Assembly: GCA_964252035.1 (NCBI GenBank)
Contig: OZ176200.1
DNA from: Podarcis erhardii
Lineage: Eukaryota
Strand: one strand, 5' to 3'
Length of the DNA stretch: 64,000 nt
The first letter of the stretch is position 1. Every line of letters starts with the position of its first letter. Position numbers and translations under genes: made by a program. Under the pieces are notes generated by a model. That model was not told the DNA's origin. It searched no databases and worked only from the letters and a program-made list of their open reading frames with translations. Positions 17,841 to 28,406 of this stretch are shown here, piece by piece.

Positions 17841-17994
17841 ATGTCCCAGGACCCAGGCAGGCCAGATACAAGTGAAGGAATATCAGGTAAATCAGAAGAT
17901 AATCAGCAGGACAACTTGGATAACTCTGAACAGTCTTCCAGAAAGAAGATTCGACAGAATACGCCAAGTCCCAGCAGAGGCAATACACCTCAAG
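17841..17994 (+). CDS. TCP11L1: TCP11L1 exon 2, coding part (exon starts about 17835)
   Basis: caaaaag|CTGAGAATG...CCTCAAG|gtaagc; low-complexity N-terminus [13 protein letters not shown], phase 1 fits exon 3. Confidence 0.8.
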
Positions 17995-20900
17995 GTAAGC
18001 AAAATTACTACTTCAAACCTGATTTCCCTCTTCAGAACCAAAATACCCTCCAGGAGTTCTCTCTGTGTGTTCTGTACTTCAAGGTAATTTTCTCACTATA
18101 AATGGAGCATTTTCTGAACAGTATATTTTTTTATTCAATAAAACATATTTCTTAAACAAGTAGTAACGCTGAACAGGCTTTCTACCTCACTTTGTGATAT
18201 TGCACCACATACTCCAATGCATGGGGAGGAAATAAGACATTGGATTGACACCCAATGTTAGAACTGTGGGTTGTATCCAAAGTAGCACTACATGAATGTT
18301 CTGTGAACACAAGGACTTCTGCTTGAGCTATTGAATGTTTTATCCTATCCTACTCGCACATGCCCCCTAAATCTGTTCTAATGGTTTCCCCAAATCTCTT
18401 GAGCAGTTTTGGGGAGGGCACATGAAAGGAGAGGGTGTGAAAGTAATGGAATCATACAATTGTAGTGTTGGAAGGGACCCCGAGAATCATCTATTCCTTT
18501 TTAAAAAAATTTTTTAAATTTTTTATTAAATACAAAATAAAGAAAAGAATATCAAATAAGAAAAGAAATAAAGAAACAAATTTCTTACGTATACACATGA
18601 ACATAATTATACATCTGTAAAGCGATATTCAAAAAGAAGAAGAAGGGGGGAAAAGAGAATAAAAGAAGAAAGAAAAGTTAAAAATGGAAATTTAGAGAAT
18701 AGAAAAGTGTTCACCATAAACAACAATTTCAGATCTATACTTGCATACAATTTTATATTTCAATCTTGCAAAATATCAGACTTAATTAAAATGTTTTAAA
18801 AGACTTCCACCGTTTACGCCACACGTCTTTTATACTTCAGGCGCCATAACCTCTGTTCTTCCTATCCTTCCCATAAGTTTTCCTTAATTTCTCACTTTAC
18901 ATTCTTTATATTCTTCACAAGATTAGTCCAAACATCTATTTCAACCTGCTGCAATGCAGGAATCTCATTGCAGAAGTGAGAATCCTAGCATTAATGGGGC
19001 ACATTAATAGACTACTGCCCTATGCTTATTTGTAGTCCAATCTCAGTTTTGATTTCCTGAAGCTGGAAATCTTGCAGCTTTTCCTTTCTGTTTCTTCCTT
19101 AAATGGCAGAGTTTTTGGTTGCTTCCAATGTCATGAATTCAGCATACCTCACTTATTGATGAAGGGCTATATCTTTTGTTTCCTTTTAACAGCCCTCCTT
19201 TCCAATTTTCCTCTTTGATGTTATTGTAGCACAAATTCTGCCCATCTGACAGCTTTCACTTTTTCTTTTTTGTGACCATACCTTCCTTTCTCAGAAGCCT
19301 TGGTGAGGAGAAGCATATTCCTTCTCTTCATCTTTGAATTTTACAGGCACGGAATTGCACAGAATGACCTCTAAACAGCCCACTTCTTTGTGCAGCTTCA
19401 AAATGATGGTAGCATACAAACTCCACAGGATGGTCACAGACTGAACATGGCAGCCTTCCCTAACCTGGTGCCCTCCAGATCTTGTTGGACCAACTCCCAC
19501 CAGCCCCAGCCAGTCAGGGATGACAGGAATTGCAGGCCAACTATATCTGGAAGTCACCACACTGGGAAAGGTTGAGATGCACCATTAGATAGCTTATCTT
19601 TTTTTGAGGACATTATTGAAATATAGTGGACATTTACTTCTACTATTTCCAGTGGTATCTTTGATTGTCCATCCTTATCAATTCTTAGGAACTGTAAACT
19701 TTAAAATAATACAGGCCATGCTCAGTGAGATGGGAACAGTCATCTTTGTTAATTTGCCATTTTTTAAATTAATGGGACATTTTGCTGAAGTATATTTCAT
19801 TGCCTTACAGCCAGCCCTCCTCAGTTTGTATCAGTGGAGGAGCTAATGGAAACGGCAAAAGGAGTTACCAACATGGTGTTGGCCCATGAAATTGTCGTCA
19901 ATGGAGGCTTCCAGATTAAGCCAGCCGAATTGCCAGAAAACAGGTATAATGTCTATTGTCGCAGGCATAAAAAGTTTAAAACAAAAATATAATTTTTGCT
20001 GTACGAAAAGGCAGCATCGCAACTAGTGGATCTAGGGGTGGGGAAAAATCAGTTTTAAACATCTCACTGTTTTTACATGGAAGTGAGAAATACAGAAAAT
20101 CTTGTGGCTGGTCAGGCATTTGTTGAGAGAACATAAGCTTGTTAACAGTGGATACACCATATTCTGTTTGCCATGAACCAAATGCATGGGATCCTCCTCA
20201 CCCTGTGAACCACATCCTCTCCCCGGAGGCCATCAGCAACAGGCTCATATAGCCATGAAGGTTAGCTTTGTACATCTAGCTCAAGTGTTATATCCTATAC
20301 AGTGGTGCCTCACAAGACGAAATTAATCCGTTCTTCGAGTCTCTTCGTCTAGCGGTTTTTTCGTCTTGCGAAGCAAGCCCATTGACGGCTTAGCGGATTA
20401 GCGCTATTAGCGGCTTATCGGCTTAGCGGATAAGCAGATAAGCGGCTTAGCGGCTTAGAAAAAGGGGGGAAAGGAAAAAAACCCCGCAGGAACTCGCAAG
20501 ACATTTTCGTCTTGCGAAGCAAGCCCATAGGAAATTCGTTTTGCGAAGCACCTCCAAACAGAAAACCCTTTCGTCTAGCGGGTTTTCTGTCTTGCGAGGC
20601 ATTCGTCTTGTGGGGCACCACTGTATATAGTCAGGGAACGTTATGTTCATGTTTGTACATAAAGTCTATTAAGAGCATTCCTGCCCTAGGAGGAGATAGA
20701 ATGCTTACATCAGAATACACACACAATCAACTGTGATTCAAATTTCCACATTCACCACACAACTCATTTAGGAAGCTGTTTTGCATATTATTTATGGAGG
20801 GAGTTCTCAAAACCTTCCAGCCCTTCTGGCAGCTACACCCCCTATCCTTTTCATCCCATTTTGGTGACAGAGTCTCCCTTACGTGTTCTTTTTGAGCTAG

Positions 20901-23900
20901 AACTTCCTCTTGGATGCAGTGAATTATCTTGTTCTCTACCAATGTATTTTCTTCAACTGTAATGTTGGACATTTCAAGTAACCATCTAACTGCTAGTGAT
21001 GGTTCCCCGCCCCCCCCTCGAAGCATCACAAGCTCATTGTACTTGGCTTTGTGTTAGAATTACCATTTCACTTTTCTTCTCCTGTTGTGTTGCTTGCCAG
21101 CCTTGAAAGAAGAGTAAGGGATATTGTCCACAAAGCTTTTTGGGATTGCCTGGAAACACAGCTAAAGGAAGATCCACCATCATATGATCATGCAATTAAA
21201 CTTGTGGGAGAGATCAAAGAGGTAAGAGGGGCTAATGTATTTCCATAAGCATACTTCTTGTCCATACATGATTCTACATTGTTTAAGGGTAGTTGCAGCT
21301 GTATCAGTCCCAGTACAGAGACCTACACTCTTTCCTGCTCCCAGTACATTTCTCCCTTCTCTTTGCTTCCTGTTTTCTAACTAGTAACCAGCCCATAAAA
21401 AGGTTCTGCCCTGCTTTCCTGTGACTGCTAAGTTCCTTTGGCAGGTACTTTGTCAAAAGCTTTTTGAAAGTCCAAGTGTTTATATTATCTTCCAGATGGA
21501 CTTCATCTACGTTGTTTGCTAATATCTGCAAAGAGTTGTAAAAATACAATGGGGCATGTTCAGAAGCATCTTTGATTTAGACAAATAGAGATCCTCATGT
21601 CCTGTTCGAGCCTCACAAAGGCGTTTGACTGGGTAGTGCTGGAGCCAATGTACAAGACTAGATAAATTAATTGGCCTGATCTATCAAGGCAGTTCCTATT
21701 TTCTTAGGCCAATGGCAACTTTAGTCTAGTGTCTTGTCTTCAGCATTGACCCTGTTTCATAAGGGCATGGACTGGTGGCAGGCAACACCTGAATCCTTTG
21801 GATAGCTTTGCAGTGCTTCCATAATGACTCATAGCCTTAAGCCCTGCCCCTCTGTGCTCTGGAATCAGTATGGCAAACAGTTTCTGTTGTCTCATAATCC
21901 AATTTACAACCTGTCGCTAGTGAAAAATTATGTCGGTCACAGTCTGCCACTTGATTGACTGAGGCATTTCATTCCTTTTCCCTAGCCCCTTTAACATCTG
22001 TGCTGGAACTACTCATTGTGTCTCCAAGTATCTTCAGAACCTGCACACTGCTTCTCCTCTGCAAAGTGAGGTCAGTAGAGAGAGATTTGCAGGGAAGAAG
22101 CGGCAGCAAGAGAAGTGGAGCTTAATCCTACCCTCTCTTGCAACCCCATCTCTGTTTCAGATCCATGTTTGTGGTGGAAATAATCATTCTAAAATTTCAG
22201 CAAAGTGGCAGTTGAGGAACAGGTTAAGTGCCCTTTCTCACACCCCCTGTTTCCCTGCTGATGTCCCTCCTTGACACCACTTTGCAGAATGGAAGCATCA
22301 GACGTGAGTTTAAGGATATAAAATGGAGCAGAATTTGTCACCCTTCAATACACTGGAGTTTATGCATGCATACACACATAAGCACCATTGTTAATTCCCT
22401 GTTCCAGAAGCCAAGGGTTGCATCCAGCAAAGTCATCCCGTTTGTGCAAGGGATGGAACTACCCCTCCCTTTAACTAGCCCCTTTAACATCTGTGCTGGA
22501 ACTACTCATTGTGTCTCCAAGTATGGAGGGATGGAACTACCCCTCCCTCTCCCCACATTCCATCCCCCAAATATGCTCCAGAGGGTTGGAAGGGAATGTT
22601 CTTGAGCAAGCAGAAATCCTTGTACACATGGGATTACTTCACTGGATACAACCCCAAAACAGTTCTTCTGTACACAGTGAATGAAAACTTCTATTAAAAC
22701 TGTTAATGATTTGACCTTATTTTACTTTTCCTAGTAACACAATATTGCTGCAACTGTTATTCACTTTGGAATAGTGTTGATTGATACAGCAACATAATAC
22801 TGCTATGAGCTAACAAAGGAACATTGCTTTCTTTCAGACACTTTTGTCTTTTTTGCTGCCTGGCCATACTAGATTAAGAAATCAGATTACCGAAGCTCTA
22901 GACCTCGAGCTGATAAAACAGGAGGCAGAGAATGGGGCCCTTGACATTTCGAAGTTGGCAGAGTTCATTATTGGAATGATGGGAACGCTCTGTGCTCCAG
23001 CTAGAGATGAGGAAATTAAGAAGCTGAAAGACATTCATGAAATTGTTCCCCTGTTCAGGTACTCACATTAAATCAGTATCTGCCTATGGAAAAATACTTT
23101 GAATGTTTTTGATAACCATTGGCAGAATACAAAAATTATGCATGTAGCAATGAAATCATACATGTGTGTGTTCATGTTTGTTTAATGGAGAAGTTATTGG
23201 TGAAAATGCAAGTGCAAAAATAGTGAATAATATGGAAATTATATTTTTATCAAGACTACTTTTATAGAGGCATTCATTGCAATTGGGATTTCCCTCCCCA
23301 GCTAATTTAGAAAGTAAATAAAATCATGTATACTCCTAAATACGCACAAAATGTGGCATTTATGTCTACTCCTCCCTACAGCTTTAGCTGACATGTCAGA
23401 CTGAGGTGGCAATTCATATTTTGCTTGTATGTTCCTCAATGATGAAGGGGAAGGGAAAGGAGGAGAAAGATTTTTTTCCACATTGGATACCAGATGCATG
23501 GGAAAGTATTCTAGTCCGGCCTTCTGCCTGACATTGTAATTTCTGTATGGGAGGGGGCTCTTCGTTTTTGTAAAGATGAGCATTAATTCATGTAAGCCCC
23601 AACTGCAGTCTGAAGCTGTCTCAGGCTTATCATCTAAGCAAGAATTGGGCAGTGGTGATCTGAAAAACTGCTAAAGGTAATTTTTAGCATATAATACATA
23701 TGCCAACAGAATAGTTCTCTAGAAAGCACTGTATTTCTTCCTGTTCTTTAAAAGGGGATTGTTCTTAGTTCTCCCCACATAGTTCTTTAGTTAGATTACT
23801 TAAATATGATTTGCCCCCTTAGCTCTTCACTTTTTCATTTGCTTTATCTCCTTCTTTTACATTTGATAAATATTGCAATTTGGGGGGGCATGTGATTTGA

Positions 23901-26900
23901 TTTATTGCAGACATTTAGACATGCTGTATTTCTTATTGATACCATTTTTTAAAATACTGCGCATTGCTTCGGTTTTTTTTAAAAAAAAACATTAAGCGAT
24001 TTATAAATGTCCTTAAATAACTACACACACCTGCTTGAAATGTCTTCTTGATTTTGCAGAGAGATTTTTTCTGTGTTGGACTTGATGAAAATGGACATGG
24101 CTAATTTTGCTGTCACCAGCATAAGGCCACATTTAATGCAGCAGTCAGTTGAATATGAAAGGAAGAAGTTTCAGGAACTTTATGAGAAACAACCAAGTAC
24201 GGTTTTTGTTATTTTGCATTGCTAAATTATCTGCTTTTTGTTTATTAAAAGAGAAATTTATTAAGCTGATTCATCATAACTGTTCAGTGCTTAATTTGAT
24301 AATTATGCCAAAATAACTCCCCATGAACGGCAGAAAGCTTAATGAACTCAGGGGGGCTTATGTCTGATGAGCTGTATATGGGAGGTCCTTCTGCATAAAC
24401 TTTGGGTGTTCCTCAGTGCCATGAATGGGAGCATGCAATGCAGTTTAAAGATTGCAGTTTTAGCATAACTGTGGCGCTGTGGGTTAAACCACAGAGCCTA
24501 GGACTTGCCGATCAGAAGGTCAGCGGTTCGAATCCCCGCGACGGGGTGAGCTCCCGTTGCTCGGTCCCTGCTCCTGCCAACGTAGCAGTTCGAAAGCGCG
24601 TGAAAGTGCAAGTAGATAAATAGGTACCGCTCCAGCGGGAAGGTAAATGGCGTTTCCGTGTGTTGCTCTGGTTCGCCAGAAGTGGCTTAGTCATGCTGGC
24701 CACATGACCCGGAAGCTGTATGCCAACTCCCTCAGCCAATAAAGCGAGATAAGCACCGCAACCCCAGAGTCAGCCACGACTGGACCTAATGGTCAGGGGT
24801 CCCTTTACTTTATTAGGGGGAAATGAGCAGTGCTAATAAAAATAAGCATTCAGAGTGCAAATGTCTGGATATCTATTTCAGTTTTTAAAGCCAAATTATT
24901 AACAAACTAAAAAAATTCAGTCAGCTGAAAATCCAAAAACAGTAGGCCCTTGGGTAGAATTATTCAACATGCCTTCATTCTTAAGGCCATCTTCCCTAAG
25001 GACCGACACCCTTCCCTAAATATCTTTCACATTGGAGGTGACGCTGATCCGAAGTAGAGAGATGGCTTTCTTAGCTGTGGTGCTCCAAGTATAAAATATT
25101 TTAGATGTGATGATGAGAGACCTCTCTATTCCCCTAGGCATTTTAAGTATTGTTTCACATCTTACACCTGCTCATCTTATTTGTCAGCTTTTTTCATGTC
25201 TTTTGTTTTAAACTGTTTTGATTGTTTTTATTTTGTTCATATATTGCGCAAACCATTCTGTGCAATCTGTTTTGACCAAGGGCGGTATAAAAATATTTCA
25301 AATGGATAGGCAGGAAAATGGGTTGATGAGAAAATGGTCTGGTAAGTCAGTTTCTCCCTCAAAACAGATTCCTTAGATTTCGTCACTGAGTGGCTGCAAG
25401 AAGCTGCGGATGACCTGAGATCCAGAATGGTGCCTGCTATTGATCATGGTGCCACGTCTACCAGTACTGCTCCTGTGCTCTGTCCTGTTGCTGTACAGAA
25501 TCATGCATACCTTAAGCTCCTCAAATGGGATCATCTGCAAAAGCCTTTTCCAGAGGTAACTATTTGCTTCTCTGCAATTACTATAACAATGTATGGATTG
25601 GTAGGGTGCATTCAGACATACACTTGAACTTGGTTGGGCAAGTCCCTTTGAATGCGAAGGACGGGGATGAATATGGGATTGTGTGGCAATGTGGGATGTG
25701 CTTGTTGTTGGTGGTGTTTAGATTATTATCTTTGAAACTAATCTTTATGCTGCATACAGTGTGTTTGGCTGATGGTGTCAAGATGTGCTTGTTTGTGGCA
25801 GGCAGCTACCATAATGCTGCCTCATCCTCAGTGGTTGTGGGCAGCGGGGAGGCATAGTTTAAATGGAGAGGCTGAATACCATCTGGGCTAGAGGTCTTGA
25901 CGTTTGGTCTTTGTCAGCTCTTTTGGAGCCCTCTGCTCATCCAGAAGTTCCTGGTAGCTTATTCACTGAGTCCTCTTGTCAAGTGGAGCTGTTAGTCAGT
26001 CTGGAACAGGTCTATGCTCATCTGCAATCTTATCGTGGATGAAAGGCCTGACCTGACATGTTTTGCTGAGGCTTGGGTGGATCGGCTGTTCTTGCAAGGA
26101 TACTTAGTACTGCACCTGGCTAGACCAGAGGATTGAGGTGAGGGTGCTGCCGTTAACTTTAGAAGCACTGTCTCCTTCACCAGACAGTCTCCTGAACTAG
26201 GAAATGGATGTGGAAAGCTTACACTATATAACTATTACATCATCTCGCCTTCCTCCCTGCATTCTGAATTTACTATCCTCTGTTGTGTTAATTTTTTTTT
26301 TCCAGACTGTGCTAATGGACCAGAGCCGCTTCCAGGAAATGCAGCTGGAACTGGACCAGCTTATCTTAACTGGAGCGATTCTTCTGGTAACATTCAATGC
26401 TGCAGGCACAGCGCTTTCAGGCTTGCCAGCATTTACGGCCAATCTCAAAATGGTTATCCGGGTACTGCTGACAGATCTACACCTCCCGTGAGTACCATGT
26501 GCCTTTGGGGCCCTTTGTAGGGTGATGCAGGATGATATAGACGTCAGTTTCAACTAGATCTCAGGCCTGTTTTGAAATGAGACTTGCACATTCTTCCCTA
26601 CTTCTCCAAGTAGTAAAAGGCTTTAGAAATTATGAGGAATTTCCATTATGAGGAATAAATAGCCTTTTGGATAATTCTAATTTTCACATTTGGAGTAACC
26701 TTTGATTATATCACTTCAGAATACAGGGCTGTGGGAATCTCCTGATACTCTCACATGTAAGAAATAGAATGGAATGGGAAAGGGTTATAGGTAGTTTCTT
26801 GTGTGGGGAACATTTAAACATATGTTGTGCACTCGCAGAGCATTCTGAAGAGTTATGAGCCTGAATTTTTCTTAATGTAGCTCCCAGTTGTATCTAGGAA

Positions 26901-28406
26901 ATTGCTGACACCCCCCACCCAATATAGACACACCCACTTGTTTCTTTGAGAGCTCAAATCCCCTCTTTAAAAAGGAAGTGGTTGGTGTGTGATGATTCCT
27001 CCAGTAATGTTCCCTCAGTCTGTAAGGTTTTTACTTGTATAGCTCATGTTTTGTTTGATTGGCATACCCGTCAATTCAATTCCATGTTGCTTATGAGTTG
27101 TTAAAACATAAGAGAATTTTGATCATCTTTTTCTAGTTCCTTCAATTTGAGTGAAGCATTGGCTGTCATAAGTGAAAAGATTTGTGCTGAAGTTAATAGC
27201 TGCCTTTCCCAACATGGATTCACACCTTTCACACTTGAGAAGGAGACGGAGCTTAAAGGACAGATCCAGGCTGTGGCCAAGCCTAATAACACTGTGTGCA
27301 AACTGATAGGTATGCTTTGTAGATCAGATGATTGCTCTTTTCCCTGCAATAGTTGTGCATGTCTAAGTCAAACATACATTTGAGGACATGGGTATATCTT
27401 ATTTTTGTAAAGTGAAGGGGATAGTAATGCTTCAAATGCGTGAATGCACTCGTTTTGAGATGAGAGATTGTATTGGCTGCATGTGCACATCATAAGACTA
27501 AGCCAAAAATCCTGGTTTCAAGAGCCAGGATATGCATGAGCAGTATGCACTTGTAGACAGCCCCTTTCTTGCTGCTTCATTCCTCCCTTTCTTGAGCTGC
27601 AAAAGCAAGCCAGGACTGAGCCATAGCTTCTTGTTATATGCATATCCTGAAACTATGACTAATGGCTTCAAAACAAGCCAAGGTATTCAACCAACATTAA
27701 ACCTTGGTTGAATGACTCTGTCTTGTTTGGAAGCTAAAAACCAGTTTCAAAGTTTTCATGTAATGGGAAACTATGCTTAAGTGCTGGATCCTGTAAAGGG
27801 AAGTGGCAGGAGCCTGCAACCACTGCCTAGCATAACCATTAAAAAGCTACTTTGTCAAGGTGTGGAGGTAAAAAACCAGGAAGCAAGGGCTGCTTTTGGA
27901 AAATGAAACGTTTTCTTGAAATATTACTGAAAAGTGATGATAGGTTTGAGTTTTCTATCTATGAGTGGTGGTGTTCCTCTTGGAACTGGGAAGCAGAGAT
28001 ACATGGGAATGTTTGAAATGAAGGTGAAATGATGCTAAAAGAACTCCAGATTTTGTTCAGTCTGTGATTACGATAAGATGGTTGTATGAAAATAAAAATT
28101 AAGCACCATAATGGGCCTATTTGATGCGTATTATCAAAAGAGGAATTTGGGATCTTTCAGTAAGTCTTACTAATAATTTACTTCCCTTCTCAAGATTCAA
28201 GAATCCAGTCGTTTCTGGAGAGCTACCTTGCTTCTGGCCATCAGAAATCTCTTCCTGCCATTCCTGGTGGATTAGGCCCTATTCAGAAAGAGCTGGAGGA
28301 AATTGCTATCAAGTACGTTCGCCTTGTTGACTACAACAAGATGGTCTTCAGTCCTTACTATGATGCAGTTCTCAGCAAAATACTGAATGAAGAAGACTCA
28401 TCTTAG
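17841..28406 (+). CDS. TCP11L1: T-complex protein 11-like 1, complete CDS, 506 aa; join(17841..17994,19811..19943,21101..21221,22838..23058,24060..24196,25368..25555,26306..26487,27137..27309,28195..28406)
   Basis: Spliced ORF of 1521 nt; peptides [78 protein letters not shown] match recalled TCP11L1; all introns GT-AG. Confidence 0.95.
18449..18966 (-). mobile_element. CR1 3' tail fragment split by a younger LINE-like insertion (18496-18932)
   Basis: CR1 tail aatcatacaattgtagtgttggaagggacc...atcatcta resumes as caacctgctgcaatgcaggaatc; TSD catctatt at 18488-18495 and 18933-18940; insert has minus-strand AATAAA and an A-rich tail. Confidence 0.7.
19811..19943 (+). CDS. TCP11L1: TCP11L1 exon 3
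   Basis: ttacag|CCAGCC...AAACAG|gtataa; [31 protein letters not shown]. Confidence 0.95.
20300..20623 (+). mobile_element. Tc1/mariner-superfamily (Tigger/pogo-like) MITE, family B
   Basis: TIR CAGTGGTGCCTCACAAGACGA / TCGTCTTGTGGGGCACCACTG, TA TSD both sides; near-identical inverted copy at 55676-55994. Confidence 0.9.
21101..21221 (+). CDS. TCP11L1: TCP11L1 exon 4
   Basis: ttgccag|CCTTGAA...AAAGAG|gtaaga; [17 protein letters not shown]. Confidence 0.95.
21380..21545 (-). mobile_element. CR1 LINE reverse-transcriptase fragment (degenerate)
   Basis: Minus strand reads LDFQKAFDK (CR1 RT motif YLDF.KAFD.V) after a frameshift. Confidence 0.7.
22838..23058 (+). CDS. TCP11L1: TCP11L1 exon 5
   Basis: tttcag|ACACTT...GTTCAG|gtactc; [23 protein letters not shown]. 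Confidence 0.96.
24060..24196 (+). CDS. TCP11L1: TCP11L1 exon 6
   Basis: ttgcag|AGAGATT...AACCAA|gtacgg; [37 protein letters not shown]. Confidence 0.96.
24470..24811 (+). mobile_element. Sauria SINE, near full length
   Basis: tRNA-like head with A box (gtggcgctgtggg) and B box (ggttcgaatcc), Sauria body, Bov-B-like 3' end with cctttacttt tail. Confidence 0.92.
25368..25555 (+). CDS. TCP11L1: TCP11L1 exon 7
   Basis: aaacag|ATTCCTTA...CCAGAG|gtaact; [12 protein letters not shown]...[16 protein letters not shown]. Confidence 0.95.
26306..26487 (+). CDS. TCP11L1: TCP11L1 exon 8
   Basis: ttccag|ACTGTG...CCTCCC|gtgagt; [16 protein letters not shown]. Confidence 0.95.
27137..27309 (+). CDS. TCP11L1: TCP11L1 exon 9
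   Basis: ttctag|TTCCTTC...TGATAG|gtatgc; [24 protein letters not shown]. Confidence 0.95.
28195..28406 (+). CDS. TCP11L1: TCP11L1 exon 10, coding part
   Basis: ctcaag|ATTCAAGA...TCTTAG stop; [17 protein letters not shown]...[18 protein letters not shown]. Confidence 0.95.

Noticed and set aside
20388-20458. Short repeated units superficially like a CRISPR or iteron array
   Set aside because: Imperfect tandem repeats without unique spacers, inside a TA-flanked MITE in a vertebrate genome
20727-21029. 100-aa minus-strand ORF resembling a LINE fragment
   Set aside because: No diagnostic RT or endonuclease motif recognised; cannot assign without a database search
24470-24545. tRNA-like A and B boxes
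   Set aside because: These are the head of a Sauria SINE, not a tRNA gene; no cloverleaf or acceptor stem
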